Shown here: positions 1 to 12,314 of the stretch, piece by piece | Layout: every line of letters starts with the position of its first letter | Position numbering within the stretch: the stretch's first letter is position 1 | Assembly (NCBI GenBank): GCA_051294375.1 | Contig: CM119267.1 | Span: 491,523 to 555,522 of the forward strand | Direction of reading: 5' to 3' | Length of the DNA stretch: 64,000 nt | DNA from: Paraspadella gotoi | Lineage: Eukaryota; Animalia; Chaetognatha | The notes under the pieces: model-generated | The model's database searches: none | What the model was told of the DNA's origin: nothing | What the model saw: only the letters and a program-made list of their open reading frames with translations | Program-made: the position numbers and the translations under genes

Positions 1-758
1 TTCTCTATCTCGGAAGCATTCTTGTCGACGAATACGGATCCGAAGTCGGCTGTGTCGACGGCCTCATCCAGATGCTGGAGGCCTTCCTCGGTCCCACCTT
101 CAAGATTTTGCAAGGGACGACCGACTCTTCGAGCCCGACGCCCGGATCCTTCTATATCGGCCTCCGGGAACATCCGGACACTGTCGACGATCTCTTCCGC
201 CTTTGCACCAGATTTCTACAGAGATGCCCGGTCCCCTTCTTGCAGAACACCTTCCTGGAGACGCTCCTCGGCGTGGCGCTCCACGCGGCCCAACTAGATC
301 ATCGAGACGCGAACGCCTCCGTCATGAAGTTTTTGACGGAGTTGATTCGTTGCGGAAGCGCGGAGGCGGAGAAGATCGGCGAGAACGAGGCGGAGGCGTC
401 GAAGGCGATGATCAACGGCCTCTTGATTGAGAGAGGGGAAGCGACCAACATCCTCCGATCTCTCCTTCAATCCTCGATCTATTACCTTCCCTCCTACATG
501 TGCGTCGACGTGAGCGAAGTCATCTACGAACTTCTCAACCTGGCCAGACCTGCTGTCTGCGTCGCCTTGGAATCCGTGCTGCAGAGTCTGCCCACCTTCT
601 CGTCGGTCGGCGTGACACCCACTTCGCCGCCGCCGGAGACCGCGACGCCGGTCGTGACTCAGGAGCAACTCTCCGAGTTTCACAAGCAAGTCGTGGAGTC
701 GGACTCGGCTAAGAACGTGCAGTGCGCGTTGAGAGAATTTACTCGACTTTTTAGATGA
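1..758 (+). CDS. TNPO3: Transportin-3 (TRN-SR), C-terminal part; 5' end lies outside the window
   Basis: Frame is open from position 3: LYLGSILVDEYG...HPDTVDDLFRLCTRFLQR...LDHRDANASVMKFL...ALREFTRLFR*, matching the recalled TNPO3 C-terminus. Confidence 0.93.
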   Translation, partial: LYLGSILVDEYGSEVGCVDGLIQMLEAFLGPTFKILQGTTDSSSPTPGSFYIGLREHPDTVDDLFRLCTRFLQRCPVPFLQNTFLETLLGVALHAAQLDHRDANASVMKFLTELIRCGSAEAEKIGENEAEASKAMINGLLIERGEATNILRSLLQSSIYYLPSYMCVDVSEVIYELLNLARPAVCVALESVLQSLPTFSSVGVTPTSPPPETATPVVTQEQLSEFHKQVVESDSAKNVQCALREFTRLFR

Positions 759-1964
759 TTTACGAATTTCGGCTTCCGAAAAAAAAAAACAACAAAAAAC
801 AAAAAACAAAAAAAAACAAATTAATGAATCATCGGGCGATTGCGAAACCTTTATTATTAACCGTTGAACAGTTAAAAACACCCATCGATTTAGTTAATGT
901 TAAATCAAGTCAAATTAAAAGAGAGAATTTGAGAGGGAGATCCACTTTAAACGCTAACAAGAAAATTCTTATTTCTTTTGTCACCTAAACTGAAGAATAA
1001 ATATTACGGATCCTTCTTGAAAACTGAAGCTCATCGTCTTTACGTAAATTTTGATAAGGAGGGAAATCTCATGTACATCTGTTTCTCTCTCTCTCTCTCC
1101 GATGTGTTTTGTGACGATATCATGGACGAAGGCATCAGCTTAGTAGTTAAAGCGAATACCAGTTTTTCTAAAATCACAAATCGGAATAATGAAATGCATT
1201 GTTTTTTTAAAGTTTGTTGCCGCTTTAGTATTAACTATTGTTACAAATGCAAAATTGTTTAAGAGATAACGTAACATACTGCAAACTAGTTGTAAATGAC
1301 CCCTAGCAGTCAAAGATAAATCGCTAAGTTCGTGTTTTTGAAATATCAATAAAAATTAGACTGTATAATGAAAAAAAAATGTATTAAATTTGTTTTAGTA
1401 AAAATAAGTTATCAAGGAAACAAATTGCATTAAAAGATAAAACATGAAAATCGTTCCCTCAGTTTTGAAAATCGACGCCGAACTGACTGAATGAAAAAAA
1501 AATAAAGCACATGAACTCTTATTTGTAATTTGAACATTTTGAAAATTACAAAGTATTGAAAGTAATGTTTAACAACTGGAGATAACAATTGATTAGAATT
1601 TGTAACAAAAATAAACTAAGCTTTTATTCGACAATCAATAAAGTATTTTTAAAGCCTTTTCCAATAGATAAAATTTCTTCGTACATCTGCGAATAATGAA
1701 ATCAGGTCCTAAATATAATTAAGTGTCGTTTTAATCCGCCAATTTTTTTTAATTCGATTTGTTATCTCCGTTGGCTTTTTTTTTTTTTTAAAGAAAAACC
1801 AAACCGAACTTTAGTTTAGATTTCGATTTCTTTTAGTTTCAATTGTTCCTCTGCGTGTTTTAGCCGTTTCTTCATTCTCATCGTTTTTTTGACATGATCA
1901 GATTTTCCTCTCCCCCCGCCCTCCCTCCGCATCCACTCGATCGATAAAACAAAACTGTCGAGAA

Positions 1965-3106
1965 ATGAGCATCCGCGAACTCGGACCCGTCAAGGGCCTC
2001 GTCGCTGCCTCCTTCGCTCCCTTGATGCCCGACGGGGAACTCAATCCCGACGCCCTTCCGCCCTACGCGGACTTTCTGGTGAAAGAAGGCGTGGAGGGCG
2101 TCTTCGTCAACGGGACGACTGGCGAGGGCGCTTTGCTCACGATGGAGGAACGGAAGCGGATCGTCGAGGGTTGGGTCGCAGCCGCTGAAGACAAATTGAA
2201 AGGTATAAGATCCAATTTTCCCGACTTCCTTAATTTCTATCTTTTACCACGTCTTTCCCCTCTTCCAGTCATTGTCCACGTCGGCTGCGGCAACGTGCCC
2301 GATTCTGTCGAACTCGCCCGACACGCGGAGACGGTCGGAGCGAGGGCCGTCGCCGTCTCCGCGCCCACTTACTTTAAACCGACCTCCGTTAATGCGTTGG
2401 TGGCTTTTAACGAGGTGAAGTGGTTCGCACATGCGCTTAACGAGCGAGTTGGATTTTGTTGCCTCTAACAATCCTTGATTCCCCTGACCAGATGGTCGCC
2501 GCCAGCGTTCCCCACTTGCCTTTCTTCTACTACCACATCCCCGTCCGCAGCGGATGCGTCGTCCCCGTCGATGAATTCTATGCTCGAGCCTCTCGTCTCA
2601 TTCCCAATTTTCGCGGGATGAAGTTTTCTTCTTCGGACACCGTCGCCCTCGGTCTCTGCCGTCCCACGCTCCTCCGATTCCCCGCCCACCAAGTCTTTTG
2701 GGGCTGCGATGAGGCGCTGCCCACCGCCCTATACTACGGCCTCGAAGCCGCCATTGGCTCCACTTTCAACTTCATGGCGCCGGTTTATGGCGCCATAATC
2801 GCCGCTCATCGCCGTGGCGACGCCGAAATAGTCATGGATCTCCTTTACTCAGTCCAAGATTTCGTCAAGTCCTTAAAGACTCTTTCCGACGGCGGCTTCA
2901 TCGAGCCCGTCTTAAAGAAATGTATGACGGTCGTCTCGGGAGTGGAGATGGGACCCGTCCGGTTGCCCTTGGAGGATCCGACCCGAGAGCAGAATGAGAA
3001 GCTTGGAGAGCCGCTGGAGAGACTCGCGGCTGTGATTGAGAGAGCCAGGTTGATTATTGTCAAGTATGATAAACCATCGCTTTCTGATGGAGAGAGCGAT
3101 AAGTGA
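1965..3106 (+). CDS. NPL: N-acetylneuraminate lyase (DHDPS family); exons 1965-2202, 2269-2414, 2492-3106
   Basis: Motifs NGTTGEG, VIVHVG, FFYYHIP, GMKFS (Schiff-base Lys), GSTFNF and GPVRLPL; GT-AG introns keep the frame. Confidence 0.9.
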
Positions 3107-3357
3107 TTATGACGTTTTTGGTGCAAATTTAATAAATAGAATCCTACTTGCTACTTAAAATAAACACGAATGCTGGATTTTGGCGTCTTGCCGATTATCG
3201 AGGTGCAATTAGTCACAATTTTCACCCATTATTTTTTTTTTTATATTAACTTTTTTTTCGTATTTTTAATTTTACGGAAATTGTTTTTAAAGAACGTGCC
3301 TTAATTTTTTATAGCCGAATCGAGTAAAAAAATTGTCAAGTCTCCGATGTAAGAAAG

Positions 3358-6300
3358 ATGGGGCGTAAGAGGCGCCCAATAACGCGGGACGACTTATTCC
3401 ACCCGCGATACGGAATCAAAACGGGGAAACTGGATTGCCTGGACGGGAAGGTCGTCCGAACGGCGGAGGACGTCTTCTCCTCCGACGAGGAGGAGGACCT
3501 CTTCCGATATTACGATGAATTAAAGGCCCGAGGGATCGGACCGAAGAAGCGGGCCCCGCCTCGAGTCGAAGACGAAGACGAGGATGACAACAACAACAAC
3601 TTCATGTTGGACGAGTCGGAGGATCCTTCGTTGACGGCGCCAGTTCGAAAGAGGAAGACGATGTACCAGCGGATTATTGAAGGGGACGATGGTAAGACTG
3701 CTCGCTCCGACTCTCTCTCTTTTCGAAAAGTATTATTCGTCAGAAGAAAAAAAACATTTCAAAGACGAGACTTTGTATTTAAATGCGTTTTTATTTAAAG
3801 AAAAATTCTTATTAAAAAGTTGGGTTTTTTTTGGGTTTTTTAAAATTACTTAATTTTTTAATATGAAACATTAAATTGTTGAAGCAAAAATTTAAATCAT
3901 ATAAGATATAAGATATAAGATATATATTTTTACAAAGCTTAATATATAATTTAATGATAAAAAATAACCCTAAACCTATGTTTTACATGTATACTATCAG
4001 TATCACTTTCGTTGCTGGCTTCTGTACCATTTTCCTTATATTAAGTATATGGTGGACTAAATTCCACCAACCGTTCATCAGCGGCCATTGGTGCCGGAGG
4101 CAAGTCATTCGCCTCCCAACCCAAAGGTCCGAGGTTCTAGCCCGGTGGCCGCTTGGCAGTTAAGAGGGACGGGGCGCTTAACCCGCCTGTAACACGGTGT
4201 TACAGCCTGATCTGAAGCTCAGGGACTGCTTATATTGAACGGTTCTGTCATTAACACAACAATAATTACTGTCTCTTCAAGTAATCCTAATCGTGAATCG
4301 CAAATTATATTAAGAGCGACACATTAAAAATGATTGCTATTCTCTCGTTAATATTTAACACGAGGTTAGGTTTCTTTTAAAGCTATTTATCAGAAAAGAT
4401 TTTCTTCAATATAATTGTATATTTGAACATTTGTCATATGTTAAAGAATTCTCTGAAAAGGTATCCTAACTAGGAGTAAAGTAACGAGAATGCGGGAAAA
4501 TAATATATTGACGTCAGGAAAATATCTTAGCTTAATTAAACAACTTAATATTTATTAAAAAAACCAAAAAAAAAACAGGTTTTTGCCAGCCCAGATGCTA
4601 ATGAATTGTGAATTAATAATGTATAATGTAGTTTGTCATTGAATTTAGCGCCAGGAGACGTCGCCGTGGCTACCCCAGCGTCTGAGGTCGAGGCCTGCAG
4701 AAAGACGCTCGATTTCGAAGGGAGCGAGAAAGAGGAGAAAGGAGAAAAAGTCGCGAGAAGAGAAAAGGGTGAAGAAGATGATGATGATGAAGAAGAAGGC
4801 GGAGAAGAAAACGAAGAAAAAGAAAATGATGCAAGTCAAACTAAAGCCATGTCAAAATCCCGGAACGAGATCCAGGCTGAGGTCTCAACCGGTCGCGGGC
4901 GGAGGTCGAATCGAGAAGTCGAAAACCTCGCACGCTCCAACGCGTCCCGGCGCAAAAGCGGAGATTCCGGCGTCGAATCCTCTCGATCTTCCAAGTTGAT
5001 CGTCGCTAAACAGACCCCTGTTAAAGAGCCCGCTGCCGCTAAACGGACCACTGTTAAAGGCCCCGCTGCCGCTAAACGGACCACTGTTAAAGAGCCCGCT
5101 GCCGCTAAACGGACCACTGTTAAAGAGCCCGCTGCGCGAAACGGACCCCAGCTAAAGAGCCCGCTACCGCTAAACGGACCGCTGTTAAAGAGCCCGCTGC
5201 CACTAAACGGACCACTGTTAAAGAGCCCGCTGCCGCTAAACGGACCACTGTTAAAGAGCCCGCTGCCGCGAAAGGACCCCAGCTAAAGGGCCTGCTGCTG
5301 CTAAATGGACCCCTACTAAAGGGCCGCCGCCGCTAAACGGACCCCTACTAAAGGGCCCGCCGCCGCTAAACGGAAGAACCCCTGCTAAAGGGCCCTCCGC
5401 CGCTAAACGGACCCCTGCTAAAAGGCCCTCCGCCGCTAAACGGACCCCTGCTAAAGTGCCCTCCGCCGCAAGGTCCGTCGACAATGAGAAGTCGTTGCAT
5501 GATCCAAGTTTGATCAGGGGAGAGGAAACGGCTAACCCCAGGTCTTTGCGTTTGACTGCGTCCCTTCGAAGGTCTTCCGCGAGATCATCCTCTCCCATCA
5601 AAGCCACGAAGGTAGCTTTATCTTGTTTTTTTGAATTTTTCAATTTTTTACTCTTCTCAAATTTTAAGGCCTCACTCGTGTTAATTTGGCTGTTTAATTT
5701 AATTTCAGATAATAATGAAATTATTAAAGTTTTCGCTTTAAATTCGATTTTTATTGTTTCTAAAGGATAAATCCATTCAGCGAAAGGTCTCCGCTCGATC
5801 CATGGAGGTGTTCACCAAAGCGTCAACTCGGTCCCTCCTCGCCGCCGCAAAAAACAAGGAAAGCGAGATGACGGATTCCCGACAGGATAAATCTCGGTCC
5901 AAAGACGAGCGGTACCGCCATTACGACATTGAAAACATCGGCGCGGACGACGAGGAAGGGACGACCTCCTTGAGAAAGAATCGGTCCGTGAAGAACAAAC
6001 CAGAGTTCCTTCCGTCGAACGTTCTTCGCCCCTTGAAGACCATCGGCCCTAACGGCGTCGGACAGCCCCTCGTTTCCTCCACTCCCATGACTAAGGCGAA
6101 TCGAGCTCAAGTCTTTAGTCGGAAGCCCGCGAAAGGCGAACCCAAAAAAAAGCTACATTCGGGCATGACTTCCGAAGACATCTTGAGCATGGCCGCATCG
6201 CGGGAGGTCGAGGAATCCCTCGTGTCCGACATCGATTTGGGCGAAGACGCTTTTACCTTTTCCAAAAAGTTAAAGGCCAAAAAGAGAAGGGCGTCAGATG

Positions 6301-7612
6301 AGGAGTCGGTCGGTCGTCGAACCGAATCGGTTCGAGCCTCTCGAGATGATTTGGCCAGCGACGGGAAGGACGAATCCGCGAAGAGAGACGCGGGGCGGAA
6401 GGGGGCGTCCGAACGGATCGAACAAAGGAATCCGGATGTAGACGACGACTTTGTCCAAACTGCGATGGAGGAAGTCGAAGATGAGACGCGTGGATCGAGT
6501 CGTCGGAAAGAAGGATCAGATGTTCAGGACGAAGGATCGGACGTGGGATTGGATAATGGGGTTAGTTTGACAATTATTAATTTTGAAAAATATTAAAAAA
6601 TTAAATCTTTATTTAATTAACGGACATCTCAAGCATTAATTAAACCGCGACTTTTTTCGTGTTTTTTCTCGACAAGGTGGATCCTTCGTCTCCTCAAAAG
6701 AAATCCGGCAAAAGATCTGATCGTCGGAACAACAACAACAACAACAACACGGCGACTAATGAGGAATCTAGGCGCCAGACCAACGCCGACGTCGAACCCT
6801 CCGGTTCTAGAACCAATCGCGCAAAAGGCGGCTCCGCTCCTCCCGCCGAGATGTTCGTCCCACCAAAAGTCAAAAGGGCGCCGAAGAAACGCGCCGCCGC
6901 TGCCGCACCGCCCATCGAAAGCAGCGAAGATTCGGACGGACCCCGCCGTTCCAAGCGAAACCGGACGGAAAACTTCGTCGCCGGCAACGTCGGCATCTAT
7001 AAATGGGAAAGAGGTTTTAGGGTCAAAATCGGCGAGCAGAATCTCTTTGACGACAAATTCAAACATCGATTCGAACAAGGACCGCGGAAAAAAGAAAAAG
7101 GGAGGAAGGCGACGAGCAAGAAGAAGAAGAAGAAGAAGAATGCTAAAAATCTGGAAGCCTCGGAGACGGGGTCGACAACCTTTTCCACTCGAGAGGGAGA
7201 GGACCCGCTGGAGTACGATCCCGACCCGGAATGGGTCGAAGTCGTTGACGGCGACGAGATCGTGAAGCGACGCCTATTCCGCCCAGTCGCCTCCTACGAA
7301 TACATCTCCGTCAATCGAGGAGAATCCAACATGAAGTTTCAAAAATGCTTCGAGTCGTCGTCCCTCGCCGCCGGGACCTTCGTCATCGACGTCGGCGGAG
7401 CCAAAGAGGTTCAGCGCTCGAGAAAAAGCGACATGATCTTCTTCTGCGTTATGGGTGAAGTAGAGGCGAGGATCCACGAGACGACGATGCGGTTACACAA
7501 GGGCGACTCCTTCTTCGTCCCCTCCGAAAACGTCTACAGCATCAAAAATCTCTCGCCCAAGGATCAGGCCACGCTCGTTTTCTTCTTGTCCAATCGGATG
7601 AGTGTTGATTAA
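3358..7612 (+). CDS. CENPC: Centromere protein C-like; exons ~3358-3691, 4649-5611, 5766-6560, 6677-7612
   Basis: N-terminal YGIKTGK (Mif2/Cnp3-like Mis12-binding motif), a long disordered basic region, an RRSKRNR CENP-C-motif-like segment and a C-terminal cupin (GDSFFVPSENVYSIKN...ATLVF). Apparent 1-nt indels lie in the exon 2 repeat. Confidence 0.8.
4081..4152 (+). mobile_element. tRNA-like (Gly-CCC-like) head of a putative SINE in CENP-C intron 1
   Basis: GCGGCCA...TGGCCGC acceptor-type stem, A-box-like TGGTGCCGGAGG, CTCCCAA loop and B-box-like GGTTCTAGCC; the anticodon stem is degenerate. Confidence 0.4.
5011..5470 (+). repeat. 33-bp coding minisatellite (~14 units; T[T/P][V/A]K[E/G]P[A/S]AAKR) in CENP-C exon 2
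   Basis: Unit ctgttaaagagcccgctgccgctaaacggacca is repeated with variants. Confidence 0.9.
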
Positions 7613-7912
7613 AAAGTTCGTCCCAATCCGCTCATCTTTTTTTGGTTTTTTTTTGTTTATTTTTTTCTCATTTAGTTTAATTTTTGGGGCTTCAATTCTT
7701 ACTTATCGTGACTATGTAAGTAACTTTACTATGATCGATTTATGTTATCTTGTTCTGAAATTGCCCTTTTTACTATAAATACCCATCAACATCATCAGTC
7801 ATATCCTTTGTCGGCCTTATGATGTTTTTTTTGATGTTATATGTTATATATATGTATATATTTTCCAAGGACATCTTTTCCGTCTAAAAAAAAAATAAAA
7901 AAATGGGAAAAA

Positions 7913-8156
7913 ACGAGCGTCCGCGAGTTGCCCATCATCCAGGGTCTCATCGCGGCAACTTTCACACCTTCGGCTTCGCACCACAATGGAAGTCTCAATT
8001 TGGCCGCCCTCCCTAACCACGTCGATCTCCTCCTCCACAATAAGATCGAGTACATCTTCGTCAACAGGACGGTGGACGAAGGCGCTCTGCTCACCATCTC
8101 CGAGCGTAAGGAGATCGCCGAGAAATGGGTGCAAGCCACCAGAAATAAGCTCCAAG
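7913..8156 (+). pseudogene. Truncated NPL paralogue (exon 1 only)
   Basis: SVRELPIIQGLIAATFTP...IFVNRTVDEGALLTISERKEIAEKWV parallels NPL exon 1. The start is ACG rather than ATG, NGTTGEG is changed to NRTVDEG, and no downstream exons were found. Confidence 0.75.
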
Positions 8157-8541
8157 GTTTACATGGGGATAGAGGGTTACTGCCTTTGCGGATAAGGCTT
8201 GACCTAAGGCTTGGCCCCAAGGGTTGACCCAAGCTTCAGCTGGTCGATGTTGATGCATCGGATCCGAGCCCGCCGATAGTGAACAATCATCAAGTACCCA
8301 CTAATGGAATGTTTTTGGCGTTTGGCTGTTATTTTACATTTTTCTTGAAAAATAACATATCTTTCTTGCTATGTTTTTTCATAATTATTACTTATTTTAC
8401 CTTTTCACTATATTTTTTTTTTTATGCAATGTGAATTTTGTTTTCGAATTTGCTTTATTTTTACGTTCGTACCGAAATATTGGCCGTTTGTTTTTCCTTT
8501 GCAACCACTCATGTTTTGAGCATCGCCTCTTCGTCTCAGGG

Positions 8542-10016
8542 ATGGGAAATTATTTCTGCGGCCGCCACAAGATCCTCAACGCCGAGGGCGCCGACGCTGC
8601 GGCTGCGGCTGCTTCGTCGAGGACAACGTCCAAGGAATCCGCCCTCGAACTATCGCGTGCCATCCAGCGCCTCATGCTCGGCATCCAGGGAGAGCATCTC
8701 TCCGAGGACGGGAAAAGGGTTGACTACGCCGCCGTCAAGACCAGCGCCGCCTTCGCCGAATACATAGAAACGACGAGGAGATTGAGGGAATGTCAAGTCG
8801 GATCTTTGGAGGACGACGAGCGGAAGGTGACGGTGGTGTTGGTAAGGGGGGGGGGGCGATTAGAGAAAGTGGATTAGAGAAATGTCATTGAACCTTCGGT
8901 TCTTTACTCGAAATTGAACAGAAACACATAAAAATATATCTTGACGAAAGTTTATGAAATCGGTACAACCAATATAAAAATTATCCATTCATTTAATAAA
9001 TAATAGGACAGGCCATAGTATTTGAAGGTCTCCACACGCTCATAAGATGATAACATAGCAGCTTTCAATCAAGGCTCTCACACACTCGTTTATTCACTAT
9101 CAGAATACTCCGTTTTCCTATCAATGAAATGGTTGAACATTTCCAAGTATTTTCTGCGTCGTTTTTTTGCTCCTTGAAAACGAGGCCGAGTCTTGGTTAT
9201 TGTTTCCGAAGCCAGATTCCCAAGCGACCGACCCGTTCGAGGTCCAGCCCCTTTGTTTTACAGGCATTGTTATTCGCGATCTCTCCATACAATGAATCAC
9301 GCCAGTTGTCATATCGCTTTATCCCTCTTTTGTCGGATTTGCTAGAAAAGAAAGTTTGGAAGTCTTGTCAAATATTTTACGATAAAAATATACACACTAA
9401 ATCCCAGGCTTTTTTCATCAACATCTATAACGCCCTTAACATACACGGGATCATCTCCTCGGGCGGTCTCCCCGCCTCCATGACTGGCAAGGCGGCCCAT
9501 TGGAAGTGGACGGCCTACGTCATCGGTGGCCTTGTCTTTTCCCTGGACGACATCGAGCACGGCATCCTCCGAGACAACTCTCCCAAACCGATCGTCGCCT
9601 GCGGACGTCAATTCTCCAAATCCGACCCTCGGGCCAAGCTGCGATTGGCCAAGGATCCTCGCATCCACTTCGCCCTCAATTGCGGCGCCGTGTCCTGCCC
9701 AGCCATCCGCGTCTACAGCGCCGATAACCTCGAGCGCGGTCTCCAAGGCGCCGCCTCCAATTTCTTCTCCTGCGAGGTGAAGATGTCGGCGCGCGGGTCC
9801 GAATCTGTCGAGTTCAAGCTCAGCCATCTCTTTAAGTGGTACAGGGGAGACTTTGTGCCCATCAAGTCTTCGAAGCTGGACCCGGTGCTGGAGTGGATCG
9901 CCGAGACGGACCCCGAGTCTGACGTCGCCCAACAGATTCGAGAGGCTTCGATCGGAGGAAAGAGGATCGTCATTACTTACGCGCCTTACGATTGGTCGAG
10001 CAATGATACACATTGA
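8542..10016 (+). CDS. DUF547-domain protein; exons 8542-8826, 9408-10016
   Basis: AFFINIYNAL, FSLDDIEHGILR, DPRIHFALNCGAVSCP, LFKWYRGDF and YDW are DUF547 signatures; the N-terminus is MGNYFCG. Confidence 0.85.
8951..9110 (-). repeat. Dispersed intronic repeat family A, partial copy
   Basis: tttatgaaatcggtacaaccaatataaaaattatccattcatttaataaa is the near-perfect reverse complement of 25740-25790. Confidence 0.7.
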
Positions 10017-10614
10017 GCCAATCGGATTTCGTCCGATTACGGCGAAGAAATTGAACACTTAAAAAAGACGCTTTTGCTTTTTTGCGCTTACTTCTTTTTC
10101 TCCTTTTTTTACCGTTTCACATTTTATGTATTTATACTGACAAATTCGAATGTTCTAAGGTTACTAGAAAAGTTAATATATATAAATCAACGTACCTTAT
10201 TTACTTTATTGTTATGTTATGGAATTTATTGTAGTTCGTTATCTGTTGGCGAGATCGCCTTTTTTTTTTAACCTTCTATTCTTTATAAATAATTAAATAT
10301 TTAATAATTATCAATAAATCTCGTTTTCAGTTTACGCTATTCGCGTATTTTAACTTCGTAGTTTGTTATATTTTAAAACTGGATTTTCTTTACACGGGTG
10401 ATATTTTGAGCGTCAATTTTCGACCACCACAGTAGTTAGTCTCTCGGAGATAATTCTCTCTCTTTTTGTTTTTGCTTTTTCGGTGCATTTTTTATAAATG
10501 TTTTATATATTTTATAAAGGCATTATTTTAGTTTCAGATAAAACAAGTTCGAAAAAATATATATTTATATTAAAAACAACAATCCGGCAATTGAATTAAA
10601 AAAAAAAAAAAAAA

Positions 10615-12189
10615 ATGGGAAAACCGGACTTTGCTCCTCGCGGCGGCGGATTTCGTGGAGGATTTCGCGGAGGCGATCGCGGCGGGAGAGGCGGTTTCCG
10701 CGGCGGGAGAGGCGGCGATCGTGGCGGCAGAGGCGGCGGCCGGGGTTTCGGCGGCGGCAGAGGAGGCGGCCGAGGTTTCGGCGGCGGCCGCGGAGGTCGC
10801 GGCGGCCGAGGCGGAATGAGGGGAGGCAGGTCAGTGGTGATCGAACCTCATCGACACGAGGGTGTCTTCATCGCGAGAGGAAAAGAGGATGCGCTCGTCA
10901 CTAAGAATCTCGTCCCCGGCGTAAAGGTGAGGATTGTTTGTTTATTCAATTAATGTTTATTCTAACTAACGGTTATCATTTTGTTGAGATTATAAGAAAA
11001 TTTTTTTTTTTTACCCACGAAAATATTTTGGTCGGTAATTTTTCTTTTTCTTTTAAAATGAAAAAAAAAAAGGTTAAATTTTGCCTTATCTAGGAGTAGG
11101 TATATTTAGTATTTAATTCAGTTTTCCTCTTCATCCCCTTCCCCTCCTTACTCTCCACCTCAAAAAGGTCTACGGGGAAAAGACCGTCGACGTGGACGCT
11201 CCCGAGCCCGGCGCCCCGAAGATCGAGTACCGCGCCTGGAACCCCTTCCGCTCCAAGTTGGCGGCGGGCATCCTCGGCGGCATCGACAAGATCTGGATGC
11301 CACCCGGCAGCAAGGTGCTCTACCTCGGCGCCGCCTCCGGCACGACCGTCTCTCACGTCTCAGACGTGGTGGGCCCCGAGGGCCTCGTCTACGCCGTGGA
11401 ATTCTCTCATCGATCCGGACGCGACCTCATCAACGTCGCCAAGAAGAGAACCAACGTGATCCCCATCATCGAAGACGCCAGGCATCCTCACAAATACCGC
11501 ATGCTCGTTGGGATGGTCGACACCATCTTCGCCGACGTAGCTCAACCAGATCAGGTTTCGTTTTCCTATCATGATAAGGAAAATATATATTTTATTTATA
11601 TATTTATAAAAAATATATTTATAAAAATATATATTTATATACAATTAAACGTATAACTGTCGGACCCTAGTAATTTAATGCTGATGCGGAATCAGTACTT
11701 TATACAATTGAAACAGTTGATTAAATCATTTCACTTCATTTATAAAAAATCCAAGTCCTCTAGCAGTTGACAGTGTTGATTGAAAGGTTGCAGGGTCCTG
11801 CTCCGTTATTATCTTGTAAAAGGGATGGGGCCCTTAACTGAACCTCGCCTGTCTCTAGTCGGGAGGCAAAGATAGCTTATTGAATAGAAAATTTTTATAT
11901 TGATTTTCACCGATTTCGTAAGAAATAAATAATGATAAATATCCCTTCTCTCTAGGCCCGCATCGTGGCCATCAACGCCCATCATTTCCTCAAGACGGAA
12001 GGCCACTTCGTCATCTCGATAAAGGCGAGTTGCATCGACTCCACCGCGACGCCCGAAGCCGTCTTCGCCGGCGAAGTCAAAAAGCTAATCTCGGAAAAGC
12101 TCAAGCCGCAGGAGCAGTTGACTCTGGAGCCGTACGAGCGGGATCACGCCCTTGTGGTCGGGATCTATCGACCCCCGCCTAAGAAATGA
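10615..12189 (+). CDS. FBL: rRNA 2'-O-methyltransferase fibrillarin; exons 10615-10926, 11168-11554, 11956-12189
   Basis: GAR/RGG domain, [46 protein letters not shown] and LEPYERDHA. Confidence 0.98.
11698..11922 (+). repeat. Dispersed intronic repeat family A copy (fibrillarin intron 2)
   Basis: Begins tttatacaattgaaac, contains gatagcttat and ends tttttatattg...gatttcgtaa, collinear with 25528-25790. Confidence 0.65.
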
Positions 12190-12217
12190 GAGGAGTTATT
12201 TGCATGCAAGAGTGAAT

Positions 12218-12249
<32 letters not shown>

Positions 12250-12314
12250 AGACGTGTCATTGGTTCCTGTTTTGTTAAACTGTGCCTTTTGTATCGTAAA
12301 AAAAAACTGAAAAG

